Below are positions 24,946-37,535 of a DNA stretch of 37,535 nt, piece after piece. Source of the stretch: Sphaeroforma arctica JP610 (Eukaryota); NCBI RefSeq assembly GCF_001186125.1, contig NW_014040553.1, forward strand, positions 213,801 through 251,335, given 5' to 3'. A program made the position numbers and the translations under genes. The number at the start of each line of letters is the position of its first letter. Position 1 is the first letter of the stretch. Under the pieces are notes generated by a model. The model did not search any database and was not told the origin of the DNA. It saw nothing but the letters and a program-made list of their open reading frames with translations.

Positions 24946-25735
24946 GATGTCAATACAAACGTGTTGTTACCCCACATAAGTATGAAATAGCTAACTACTG
25001 CTCTAACGCTCCGAATCTCTTACATTCTCCGACCGACCATGTCCTAACGCATGCAATACTATGAACTATCCTACAATGATTCATTTGCACTCTGGAAAAG
25101 TCCTACATGGTTTACGCTGTGTGCCAGACCTTACAGTTACGTGTGTAGCTCTGGCAGCAGGGCCAAATAATGTTGATCTTTTATGATAACACGAAAGCTG
25201 ACAGCATATTGCATTTATCTGTACAATTTACTGAATTTTCATTTGTGAACGTGATTTAGCGATGCCCGCGAAAACTCGATCCGACTATATTAGGTAGGCG
25301 GGAGAATCATCAATTATTCAAGCCGTTGTCCTGAGAGTGGCTGAGACTTTAGACTTTGAGACCGGATAGGCTGAGACAGTTGAGAGTTGAGACTTGAGAG
25401 TTGAGTCTTGAGAGGTGAGACAGTTGAGACTTGAGAGGCTATCTATAAAACATAAATATAAATATGAATGAACGTTTGACTGCTCAGAGTTCGTGATTCC
25501 ACCACCGGGAAGCAGCATATTGTTGTTTATCTCAACGATAGACACTATATCGCACTTACTGCATACCATATGTAAGCGGCCGTGGCCTGTAAATAATCCA
25601 ATCCACGCTTCACTTATGAAGTAAACACTCATCAATGCAGCGTAAAGTATCATTCTTACGCGTGAGAGATTGAAATAAATCAGGATATGCAGCTGAGATA
25701 GCAATATTGAAGACAAAAATCCGGAATCAAACACA
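24946..25735. promoter_or_regulatory. Probable bidirectional promoter region between ATM and LRR1
   Basis: 790 bp between divergent ATGs. E2F/SCB-like CCGCGAAAA at 25266-25274, GGCGGGAG at 25297-25304, TATAAAA at 25444-25450 on plus. Function is inferred. Confidence 0.55.
25331..25438 (+). repeat. Degenerate tandem array of ~13 TGAGA(G/C) units, mostly 7-nt period
   Basis: ttgagag ttgagac ttgagag ttgagtc ttgagag gtgagac ag ttgagac ttgagag, with looser copies upstream. Confidence 0.85.
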
Positions 25736-28700
25736 ATGAGGATCGCTTGCAAAGTGCAAGTAGAAGCTATGAGCAGTAAAGGACCGCAGAAGTCTGGACG
25801 GTTGCTGAAGTCTATCTTGATTGTGGTGAGTGTACAGAACAAAATCATCAAGCAAATGTTATATAAGACTTATAACGAGATTGTTTCGAAGTTCGTTTGA
25901 TGACTGTGGTCAATTAGAATAAATAGGTGGGACGCCTAGGTCAAAGATTTTTTTTTAACCAAACTATTCGCCCGCGGTAGTAACTGATAGAAGTTCCAGT
26001 GTCCAACTTCTGTTCAATTGCTTTTGTGTGATACAGGGTCGTGAACAGACACGGTCGGCATTCCGCAAGACCAATCAGTTGACTCTGATGCTCTGCACTT
26101 CGAACAACAGCGGCACTCAGTATCAGGTATACTCTGTTGCGTGCAGTCAAATTGACCAATACCTTTGTTATATTACTCGCAGGTACACGCAAACGTTTCT
26201 GTACTCATAGATGGCATGTTCTTATATTTATCCCAGCTTGGCCAACACTTTATGTCACATTAATCGCAGACACATTCGTACTTTGTCTTTCATGCAGAGA
26301 CATGTTATCTATGCTATATGAGTTTTACGTGTGATTCCAAGTCATGCGTGTTCCTCGTTCCAAATGCCATTTCTGACATTTCGACGTCTGATGTCACTTG
26401 CAGTTACAAGGCAATGTCGATCGTGTCCATGGGGCCTTTGTGAAAGATGGAAAGATGTCTTTCTCCTTGAAGAAACCAAACTATCGCTTCGTCATCAGCG
26501 GTGTAAGACCATTTATTGACTCTTTACATGTTAAATGAACCGTTTCAATAATTTGGTTAGTAAGAGCTGCCTGTCGTATGCGCCGTGTATCCATTTTGCA
26601 CCCCTTCGGAGGAGCACTTGGTTCCAACTTGCTGCTTTTGTATCCACTAGGCACCGAGCGTTTGTTCTCCTTCGAATCCGTAGCTGCATAGTTCTGCAAT
26701 TAAGACGTATATCTCGAGTATTCTACTTCTCACAATTTTTTTTTAATCACAGGCTATGCATACTGCCAAATAGCTATTTCGTGATTCGTGTGCTTTTGTT
26801 ATGTTTTATCACGGTGCGTGCGCATGTAGTCAACAATACGGTATCATTAGATCGCTGATACTTATTACACTTTCTGCTGGTGTGTTATATCACACAGGGT
26901 GATCCTGAAGATCTGGCCAACTTTGCCAGGATACTGCAGAAAGCGAATAACCACTTCGAGTCGGTGTTCGATAAAGAGCTGTCTGAGCTAAAATTTGTCG
27001 ATACAACCGACGTAACTATGGTCCAACGCCTGGTAATCGATGTATGTATTAGTGTGGCAACCTCTCGGTTCCCCTTGCGGACTGTAAACCTGGGGAGTGG
27101 CGTTAAATGGTCCTATCTCTGATTCACATACTGATTGACTGGGCGTCAGTATAGGTGCGCGAAAGAGGCGAACCGAAAACCCTGCAGAAGAACTCCTACT
27201 TTTCCCAGTCCTGCGTGGACAATAGACAATTGGCACATAGCGTATACGCGTTAGGAAGGTGTCACGTATCTGTTTTTCGTTTGTCTTTCGAGAGATATAC
27301 TAACTATGCTGTCAACAATGGCGGGTTTATGTCCTGTCAGGCAGAGAAGAATGTACCGGATGACTTCCCGCCCCGTCTCCAGCATCTCACCATCACCCAC
27401 CACAACCTTCAGTTTGTAAGTGGCAAGGTTATGGCTATAAGGAATCTGACGAGTCTCGATCTGTCCGGCAATGCTATCAGTGCTATTCCTGCTGAACTGG
27501 CTAATTCGTTGCCTCGATTAGGTATGTTCCACTTTATACCGCGGTATTTGTAATATAGTGCTTATTGGAAGCGTGCTATCAAAAACACTGCAGTTGCTGG
27601 CCAGGGTGTCAGCAGCTCACCGTCGACACAATTCGGTTGCCTACCAAGTTTATTGTCAAAGCACTTATCAGAATATAGGGCTGTCCTTGATGAATACAGT
27701 GTGTTTGACTCGCCTTGCGAATTATTTGTCTACTTGGATGTCCTGTCGAACTATTATCGAACATAATCACAAGGATTCTTATCACTGATGTCCAAATGAC
27801 GCTATGCTTAACAATTTCCTGCAATATTTTCTTGCAACTTCCTCGCAGCTTTGCTCAATCTTGGGTATAATAGGATCCGTACCATTCCCGATAAAATCTT
27901 CTCACTGCCATTGAAAGTGCTGAATATGGAGCACAATCTGTTAACGAGCCTGAATGAGACTTTCTGTAAATTGCAGTCGTTGCGAATGTGCAATGTAAGC
28001 CATTGCAAACTGAACTCCTTACCAGAAAGTTTAGGAAGATTAAGAGAGCTGAAACAGCTGGACCTATCGAATAACCAACTGCAGCACCTGCCGTACACCT
28101 TCAAGCACTTGAAACTGGACAGTTTGGCCTTATTTGGAAACCCATTCACCATAGATACAAAGGGCAACAAGACGGCGTATACGACACCATTCCCGACACC
28201 TTCGTTGATGGAATACTCTGCGCGTCACGCGATTCTAAGGTATGTATTGCGTTTTTGTTTTATAATTCGATGAGACGAGGCAATGGAATTTAGAACGTCG
28301 TGCCATTTGAGTGCCAACTACGTGGCAAACACCTCTTGCAGTATTGTATCTCTACGAATGTACTTGATATATTCTAGAGTTTCTGTGGACTCGCTGGCTA
28401 TTATATTTTAGTCTGGGTGCCCAGCTGTATCTCGGCTGTAAGATGGTCTTCATGGCCGTGGTCTGAACGCATATTGTTTATGCAATAATTTTGGCTGAAA
28501 TCGGCCTTCTTACTTTACCTTTTTCAGTGTTTCTAGGATACCCCGACATAAAGTCAGATACTACATGCCGCTTGAGCTAGTCTATTATATGAAGCAAGCC
28601 CGGCGATGCTCTCAATGCCAATGTCGCATGTTTGATCCGTGCGTGTACAAGCAGCTTGTTACAGCCTTTGATTGTACAACCATAGCCACAACAGTGACCA

Positions 28701-28846
28701 TGCATGGCACACATCTCGCCAAGGTGCCTCTGAAGCACTTGGTGTGTTCCAGGACGTGTATGTTACTGCTTTTCCCGCCAAAAAAGCGCCCTCGACCAGC
28801 GGACGCGGCTGGCAGGCCGGCTCAGCGCGTGCGCACAGGGAGTTAG
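25736..28846 (+). CDS. LRR1: Leucine-rich repeat protein 1 (CUL2-ElonginBC substrate receptor), 7 exons, ~437 aa
   Basis: Exons 25736-25825, 26037-26126, 26404-26502, 26898-27041, 27341-27521, 27849-28239, 28528-28846 (1314 nt, in frame). N-terminus MRIACKVQVE...GTQYQLQGNVDRVHGAFVKDGKMSFSLKKP resembles the LRR1 PH-like domain as I recall it; FPPRLQHL then LRRs ending LALFGNPF; BC-box-like PSLMEYSARHAIL; cullin-box-like MPLELVYYM; terminal CxxC...CSxxC. Confidence 0.85.
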
Positions 28847-29946
28847 CATTGAATTATAACTAGGAGAATTAGTAAATAATCCATACAGTATTTTTCACGG
28901 TATGACTGGCAACTGTTCGTTTCCGCTGTGAGTACCTATTCAAAATCTTCTGAAACTGACGATAGCTCAGAAAATTGAATGTGTATACCAGGTAAAATAT
29001 TTTTCACGAAGGTGTATGTGTGTTATACACTATTCTGCCCTTCATATCAGTATACATGTATTGAGTGCATATGAGGAAGTGACACCATGCTGCTGTATGG
29101 TAACCAAAGACTTCACTAGTGGTCGTAGTGGTTCCTGCTGTGACAGCCCTAACCATCTGATCCAGTCAATGACTTCATGCTACGGACGCATCCAGTATTT
29201 GTTGTCCAATTAGTGTCAGGTGTCTGAGAGGCGTGACTATATTACGGTTAAAGGGTGCACGGAATATAGAATGGACCCGGTTTTCGAAAGCACACATACA
29301 AACGTCCATTGTGGAATGTACCAGTGAGACTGAAGTGGTTTCTTTATTGCGCTTTTGGAGGGAACGATGTCATCGCAATGCACAAGATGAATGAGTTCAG
29401 ACATAGGAAGAAACTTGGCTAGGCAAAAAAACAAACAAGGAATCTACCTAGAGAATCAGCCAACCATCGATCCAGTGTGGCTGTAGTTGCGGGTGTTGCT
29501 TGAGATAACAAAAACCGCCTGACAGCCAACCTACGAGGGTTCACGAGCCCTGCGGAAGCACTGCTTGTCGTGGTTGCTATGAATATGCGCTATGATCCTG
29601 GACTCGCGTATTTCTTGAGGACATGGGTTGTAAGCCTGCCGAGCCCAGATCCGTGATGTGGAATCTGATAAAAGGACATGGCGACGTACTACCCAACGCA
29701 TTTGTGTATGTTTGGCCATTAAGTTTCAATGGTCTTTTGGTATCACCAGGCACTGGATGTGTAGTTCTGGTTTTGAGAATGATGCCTAAATCGGAACCAG
29801 ACGACTGAACAGTGGCTGAGTAGCCGCGAGCGCTTGTCAGGGGCATATCTCATCTCATCGTGCTACTACTACAGTAGCATCACTGCGGTGTGTCATCCCT
29901 GTTCGACAGATAGACCATTCCTCTAGTTATGTACGACTTGTTTCAC

Positions 29947-32703
29947 TCAATCCTTGTAAGGTCTAGCTTCAGCCCCATCGGGTGCCTGTATCTGAACCTT
30001 ATCCTTTCCGACTTCGTCCCAGTTGGTGCTGAGTACAGTGCCGCCACTCTCCTGGAAGGACTTGTTCATGGCTCGCCGGGTTTCGGGCGTGGCATCCTTG
30101 TAGATATCCTGGAAGAGTTTCTGCAGTGCTGCATCTCCCTCTGGTTTCTCATCAGCCTCTTCCTCGTCTATATCCTTCACCAGCTTGTTCCAGTCTGGGT
30201 AGGGAAATGCAGGAATAGGGTAAGTTCAGATTACTATGCAGTGCGCGTGGCTGAGGAGGCGATGTGCGCGAACAGTGTTCTCGAGAAAATATGCACAGAA
30301 AAAGAAGTACTTTCAAATATGTACAGAATATACAGAGATACACATATAGAACCGCCTCACAATGGATACGCACACTATACACGAGAATCCAATAAAGTAT
30401 ACGACTGTGACGACACAATATTCCATTGAGCGCGGTGGTACATTGGTTGGTGCGCAAAAGTTGGCATTCTCCTGCAGTTGTTCTTGCCTCAGGAGTCGTC
30501 TACTAGTGGGCGAAAGCTTCATCTCACCGTCCTCTCTATATAAACGAGATTTACAACAAACCTCCTGTGAAGGTAACGCCACAATACCTGCGATCATTCG
30601 GAACAAAACAGCACAACAAATACCTTATAATAAGGTACAAGATATGCTCATATGCTCATTTGAGGTCATAAATCGGACAATCAACACATACACAGTCGCT
30701 CGGTAGAAATTTAGAGATGAGTCAGTACCTGTAGGCTTCCTTAGGGTCTTGGGAGCTGGCTCCTCGCTGTCTTCGATTTCAGTACTTTCCGGTTGCTCGA
30801 GTGTATCCCACCTGGCTGCAGTAGCCTTTCGGAGTGTCAGCTCGAACTTCGGTTTTGCACGGCGCCAGGTGCATTCGGCGGGTACTGGATATAGAAGAGA
30901 AGACATTAGTCATCGATATATCAGTAGGTAGATGTGAAAAGATGTACACAACATATTGACAAGGAACTTTGATCTGAACAAAAATTGCTTGTATCAGACA
31001 CTGCCATAAAACACTACACGATTAGAATCTTTTCGCGAGTTGTTTATGCTAGGTGTGCTCACTGCCACAAAGTAATAGCAATAGCTTATGCACCACATGC
31101 ACGTATCTCACATATACATTGTACGCAGGCTCAAGCTTACATCAAAATATAAAAAAAAACAGTATACCTCCGCCGGAGAGAACACTCACGGGCACACAGT
31201 ACACCTCCCCTCTAATGTCACGCAATTAGTACTCACATTCGAACTATATACACAGAAACCTTAAATACCAACACACATGCAACAGCTACGAAAGCACGCA
31301 CAATATATGCGCATCTCAAAGCAATCACGCACCGCATCACACATGAGCTTTAAGCCGTACCGATCCCAATATGAATGGTTTTGTGATAACCCACATAACT
31401 AAAGGAAATTTTTAACATGTGAGTGCTGATATTTCAGGTATTCAGACTAAGAACATACTCAGACCAATGGGAAAAGAACCCTACCAATATCAGCAAACGT
31501 CCTCTGATCCAGCAAATATTCCGACCCTCCCGGCAGCTTGAGTGTGACACACATGCTCTGCGGCGTCAGCTCGATCTGTACATCCTTCTCCTCCAAATTC
31601 TTAACAAATATACTCACAATCACCTGTGTGTCTGTTTGGTACCATTCGTACCGTGTTTTAGCAGGCACTGTGGGCACGACAGGTACAGACACTGTTGCTG
31701 GTATAGGCGCAATAGTAGGCTTGGTGACGGCTTTAGGTGCCTGGGCAGGCTTAGCTACAGGCTCGTGCGCCATCTCCACAGCCTTGGGACCGGTCTCTAC
31801 CGGTGTTCCATTAATACTTGTGGACATCCCGTTACCTTGTGGCCTGGGCACAGGTGTGACAACATCTTTAGATTTGGTAGAGATTATCGCTTCGCCAGTA
31901 GCTTCTTGTAGTAGCGCGGCATCACACTTTGCTATCCACTCAGACCATTGCTTAGCGGCTGGGCCTACGCTGCTCTTAAGCTTCTCCCCCCCTTCAAACG
32001 CGGTGCGGGCGGTGGTGAACTCCTCCAGATGATACAGTGCGATGCCCTGAGAAAGAGGAGGAAGAGTAGGAGGTTTAAGCTATACTATATCCACACACAG
32101 ACACAGACACACATACATATAAACTTACAATTATANNNNNNNNNNNNNNNNNNNNATACATACTAACATACATACACATATATATATATATATATATAGT
32201 ACTACACACACACACACACACACACACAACAACACACACACACACACACACAAGAACGAACACACACACACACACACAACACACACACACACACACACAC
32301 ACACAGAGAACACACACACACACACACACACACACACGTATATATATATTTGCCTATGCAGAACTCCATAACATATGTTGCCATGGACACACAGAACACC
32401 ACAATAAAACGCAAGACGACGATATCTTTCATATCGATACTGCCACTAGATCTAGTTGTCCATCTCATATACTTTATGGTAGTAGGCTCGCTCACACTCT
32501 CGATTTTGCTTGATCATCTTGTTGCAAAGTTGCACGGCTTGTGTATACTGGTTACTGGATACATAGATTTTAGCCAATCCAAGGCCAGCTGTTTCATTCT
32601 CTGGTTCTAATTGCAGAGCCATAGCAAACTCCTTCATAGCCTGCAGGCTATCATTGTTGACCAGCGCTTGCACTGCCGAGGTGATGCAATCTGCTGCATT
32701 CAT
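29947..32703 (-). CDS. SUGT1: SGT1 Hsp90 co-chaperone (TPR-CS-SGS), 4 exons, ~398 aa
   Basis: Exons 32703-32473, 32046-31485, 30884-30729, 30194-29947 (1197 nt). TPRs ([21 protein letters not shown]), CS domain ([18 protein letters not shown]...KFELTLRK...RWDTLE), SGS (DWNKL...[13 protein letters not shown]...[24 protein letters not shown]). Confidence 0.96.
32092..32348. repeat. Compound (CA)n/(TA)n microsatellite in SGT1 intron 1, with a 20-N gap at 32136-32155
   Basis: Seen directly. Confidence 0.95.
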
Positions 32704-33699
32704 CGTATCGAAAGAGGGCTTTGCACAACGTATGAGTAGTTAAGTTTATACTGTCTATACCCGTGACTATAATTATACTCTGGAAACATAAAGTAGGTTT
32801 ATTTAGAACAGAATGAACATGTCAGTGTATTCGCAGGGATATAAGTGACGGCTGACGCCTGACAGTGCTACCCTCAATACGTTTGTATTTAAAAACGTAA
32901 AATAAATAAATACGTTTATGTACTTTTGCCGTATAAACGTTTTTAAAAATATGGAAAAACAAGACTGGATGTTTAATTAAAAAAACTATGTATTTATCAC
33001 TAAAAGCTTTAGCTTTTAGGTCCCTCAGAACTTTATCTATTCCAAATAAGGAATTCAATGAAGCTTTTTATATCCATTTGAGACCCTGTACATGAGCATA
33101 GAAAGGCCGAATACAAGAAACACGAAGTGATACCACCAGTAGAAGGGATACGGTTATTGGGGGCTTTCCCCCCCCACCCGCCCGTGCTTTCGCAAACAAA
33201 ATAAGGGTACGAAAACCCAAAAATAAAAATTAACGTTTCCCCCTCTCTTCAGAGTTTTTAGTTCCCCACCGACGTAAGCGGTGTTTTTCTTACCGCTTTA
33301 ACGGATTGATCTGGACAAATAATCATCGAAATAGATCCCACTAAATACTTTTCGCGCCATTTTCATTTTGTGTTGAACGATAACTTTATGGTGTCTCGCC
33401 TTTATGTATTCGAGCTATTGTAGTACCTGTAGTAGAGTTCTCGCCTTGATATTATCCTTATATATACGAAGGACGGAATCGATGGATACAGATGTTCACG
33501 ACTATACGCGCACGAACGTCAAATCATATACACATATGCATCTATATATTTACATGTATCATCCGCGTCGACACTTCAGATATATTATATGTACAGGCAT
33601 ATATTTGTAGGTGCAGGTAAGTACGTCTACCGGAAAATGAACATGTCTGTGGCATTGATGTATTCGTGTACATACACTGATACGTATATGGATACGTAT

Positions 33700-34180
33700 T
33701 TCGGTATGTGAATGTATTTACATATGTATGATTAATGTGTATAGGTGCATGTACCTGTACACACATATATATATCTATGAGGGAATTGAATGCACTTGTC
33801 CAAATAATATAAATATGTATTATACATATACAATATACATATATAATACGTATGTATATATTTGAATACATGTATAGATGCAATATATATATACAAATAC
33901 ATACATACGTACATCGCAATATATAATTATAAATATACACACGTATAACATAATATTTATACAACAATAGACATACATATATCGTATAATATATAGATAC
34001 ATACATATATCGCAAGAGTATGTATATATACACATACATATATTGCAAGAGCATATATATATATATATATAATATAATAATATACACACACATACATATA
34101 CTTACACACATATATAAATTCGTATCTGTATCTGTATACAAAATACACATTTAAACCTATTTCTGTGTAGACATACATAC
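33700..34180. repeat. AT-rich low-complexity tract (degenerate TA/TACA/CATA)
   Basis: Seen directly; generates spurious Y/I/C-rich ORFs. Confidence 0.85.
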
Positions 34181-34478
34181 GCATTTCTTTCTTCGTTCAC
34201 AACCTGCACAAAGCTCTGAACGCTTAAAGGAACATGTCTAGCTCAACTGCCGAGCTTTTCATCTTGTGCACTCAATTTTAAAGGTAAACTTTGACTTCCA
34301 ACCAAACTACTTGATCCACAGTTAACATAGACTTCCCAACCACCTGAGCGTGTACATAACTAAACTTTATTGCACACATCGTCTCGCCGCTATTGACTAT
34401 CCCTGATGGGCTATCCCAGTCACCCAATCGAGCAAGCCCGTGCAATCTTTTTTTATACTTCTGGTGTCGCCTTGTTAA

Positions 34479-36428
34479 TTATTCAATGTTTCCGAAACGT
34501 ACGGTTTGCACCATGATAATGCCAATAATGACACCGAAAAGACCAATAGCTGACGCGAAAATCTCGACGATCAGGATTCTCACAAACAAATCGGCATTCT
34601 GGGCGTCTGCCAGCGCAGCTCCGGCTCCAACAAGTCCAACGCACACACCACACGCCACATTAGACCATCCTACGGTCAAACCAGCGCCAAGCATTTGGGC
34701 TCCGGCTGTGAATTATCAAATACATACAGTTAGTGAGGGGTATAGAGACGGACGAGCTGTAGCATAATGAGACTGAAAAAAGTTGGTTGCAGTGGTGCAC
34801 GCGCACATTAACTTTTCAGGTCGGAAATGCAACCGCCGTATTGCCTCGAATATCGCAAGTCTAGATTTACACGATCAAGTCCCATATCTGATATTTATAT
34901 CAAAGCGAATCGAGCAGAATAATATATGCACGACACAGATGGATTATACTCATTGAACACACCCTATAGGGAGCGACTTCGGGCTTGGACAAAGCAAGGT
35001 AAACAAATGAATAAATACAAAAACAAATGTCACTTGTGGACTACCAGACCTGTATAGACATTCGCATACAGGGATTCAGAGATGTGCCATATCTCACCAA
35101 CACTGTAATGCATAATTGATTATTGGCACAGGTTGTGGATTTCAATCCGCCTATCAAAAGTCAACACAACAAAGAGCCGATGTCACGGACCTGTTTTAAC
35201 AAGTCGGTATGATTTAATACATCTGCACATAGCTTACATAATCAATATATATAGGTAGATAGTCTAGTTATACAGTTTGCAATTGCTGGTGTACTCATAT
35301 ATGAACAAGTGGTGTACTCATATATGTACGTGACATGTTTGTGTAGCTAAAAAAATTCATTTATACACACATAAACTTAATAAGCTCGGTGACCACCACA
35401 CCGGCGCAGATTCCACGAAATGCTAGCATTTTTTACAGCTGCCGGAGTGTAACCTTTTAACAGTTCCGCATCACAAAATACACCAAATCCCCGCAGCCTT
35501 CAACGATCATGAAGAAATCGAAGTGTGTACAGTAATACACAGACACATATATATACAGATAAAGAAACTTGGAAAATGCCCTGTACTTGTTATTGTGCAC
35601 GTGCTCCGGAATTTCGATAAAGTCAAAGGCGTTCATGTTATCCAAAATAAATAAATGTAGAGTGCTCAACATATGAGTATTATGTGTTACCGAACAACTA
35701 CGACATCTGAACACAATACGAAGATTTGTACCAACTAGCAATATCAAACGTGTGTAGTTAAAACCTTTGTATACTATGCACGTCTCACAATTTCATTTAT
35801 GCATACGCATATACATGTTAAATAAAAGACGCGCACACAAATACATACACACAAACACACACATATATATTTACGACATTGAATGAAATGTGACTGTACA
35901 GTGCGAAGAACAAAATACGCATATGATCATACGACACTTACCAAACATGTTCTGTCCAATCGTCAGATTTCTCGCTTTATATAGCTCCTCAGAGCCCTCG
36001 GGATTTATGCTGGCGAGGGCACCCAGATCATAGGACTTAAGTCCATTGCTGAACACAATGGCCATGATAATACCATAAATGGCAACTGCTTCGCAGAAGA
36101 TAATTGAGATCAAGTTGCGCGTGCGTATGCGTGGTGCCATAACACCTCCTCCAACAATCGCAGACCCGGTCAACATAATACCCCAAGCTGCGCCTACTAC
36201 ACTCACAGCAATAGCGCACGTGATTCCAATGGCCGCCCAGAAGTAGGGGGTGATTCCTTCGTTCCACTGACCCAATTCGTCATAGTAACCTACCAACAGC
36301 CATTGCAGACTGAATCTATCCGCGAGATTGAACAGATAGTACAGTGACACGAACGTCACAATCGTCAAGAGGATTGCAAAGAAGTACATGATGTTGTAAC
36401 ATCCTGTACTGGAGGCTTTGTAAACCAT
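34479..36428 (-). CDS. ATP6V0B: V-type H+-ATPase proteolipid subunit c'' (Vma16/ATP6V0B), 2 exons, ~237 aa
   Basis: Exons 36428-35942 and 34705-34479 (714 nt, phase-1 intron). Extra N-terminal TM helix; PYFWAAIGI...SVVGAAWGI...[72 protein letters not shown]. Confidence 0.97.
35287..35326. repeat. Short tandem duplication (TGGTGTACTCATATATG x2, 23-nt period) in the ATP6V0B intron
   Basis: Seen directly. Confidence 0.8.
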
Positions 36429-37417
36429 GATGCATGTAGTGAGGTTGCTACTGAATTCTTTCCTACGTATAGGTGGCGGTACCTATAAGCCTGTATCTAT
36501 GAGCACCTATTCGCCCCTACAGTGCAATTGCGCGCCTCTACGGTGTGATATGTAAGAGTGTGACTGTATCAGTATGTGTGATCAATACGCACGCAGAGAC
36601 TGTCTCTGTTGTTTTGAAATCCTCCAAATATAGTTTTTTCTATTTTTATATATATTTTGGACTTTCTAAAGCGGGATACCGATTTAGCCGAATGGTATGA
36701 TGAAACCGATAAAAGCTCACGTTACGTCATAGTTTGGGTTTTGAATGTGTACGATACGTTAGGGTATAGCCGTTATTTGCACAAGAGTAGTCATGACTGA
36801 TGAAGCGATGAGCTCATCCGCTCATCCCCTTGTGAGAGAGAGAGCATATTTCTGTCCCGTCCTTCAAAGGGTCATGGAGTTGTATGGCTACGTATGTATT
36901 TACATACAAACCTTTAAGGTAAAGGTCATTAGGTCTCATTAAGTATATAAACTATATCTATGTATACACTTTCTTGTATATTTCCAACATGAATTTGGCC
37001 GTGAGACTACGTGCGGGGACATGTTTGTGCTCACTTATTGTTTGGGCGTGCATTGCAGACCAAGGCAAGCGCAGAGATAATTACTGCATGTTTAATGATA
37101 GTCATGCGTGTAATGTAGGTATAGGAGTTGGCTTTTTTTACATTTATATGGAGCTTTGTAACTATTGCAATGTTGCTGAAAGAAAATCAGTATCCCAGCT
37201 ATAGACGGACCTTCAGATTTACACAAGTTATCGTGTCCACGGCGATGGCAAGTCTTTGGTAAGTACTGGAGTGCGACACTCTGTGGTTTGTGCCGATACA
37301 AACTAAATTTCACGATAAAACAAGAGATTGAAAGTTTTATGATAAAGTTAGTAATCATCTGAATGTGTCCATGTTAGTATACTGGGCATGTATGCACGCG
37401 TCAGATTTCGTATTTAG

Positions 37418-37488
37418 TATATATATATATATATACACAAACACATACACACACACGCACGCACGCACACACACACACACACACACAC

Positions 37489-37535
<47 letters not shown>
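37418..37535. repeat. (TA)n/(CA)n microsatellite running to the window end
   Basis: Seen directly. Confidence 0.97.

Noticed and set aside
25318..25851. 177-aa hydrophobic minus-strand ORF
   Set aside because: Overlaps LRR1 exon 1 antisense and the TGAGA repeat; no recognisable domain.
28847..29946. Short ORFs between LRR1 and SGT1
   Set aside because: No recognisable protein or coherent splice model; most simply convergent 3' UTRs.
33085..33115. Hammerhead-like GAAAGGCCGAA
   Set aside because: No CUGAUGA core and stem II does not pair.
33542..34184. Y/I/C-rich ORFs, and the CVCV ORFs at 32075-32495
   Set aside because: Translations of low-complexity repeats.
36697..36800. Box C (ATGATGA) / box D (CTGA) snoRNA candidate
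   Set aside because: No terminal stem and no convincing rRNA-complementary guide that I could identify; a snoscan/Infernal hit would be needed.

Overview
Eukaryotic, intron-rich genomic DNA (GT-AG introns, TA/CA microsatellites, two N-gaps), probably from an opisthokont and perhaps a holozoan; the organism cannot be fixed from this sequence. From left to right: (1) a decayed tyrosine-recombinase (DIRS/Ngaro-class) retrotransposon on the minus strand (~88-3753) with gag-like remnant, RT-RNaseH-methyltransferase-like pol and tyrosine recombinase (YR); (2) a complete 23-exon ATM/Tel1 kinase gene (minus, 4860-24945, ~3544 aa); (3) head-to-head with it, a 7-exon LRR1 gene (plus, 25736-28846); (4) a 4-exon SGT1/SUGT1 gene (minus, 29947-32703); (5) a 2-exon V-ATPase c'' subunit gene (minus, 34479-36428). 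All four host gene models were spliced by hand and keep frame to the stop. The most unusual signal is in the retrotransposon. It is bounded by an 8-bp direct repeat (TAGACCGA at 88-95 and 3746-3753) lying inside the YR coding sequence, and what looks like the missing YR C-terminus sits at the opposite end. This suggests a circularly permuted element whose integration split its own recombinase gene. It is a hypothesis from one decayed copy.
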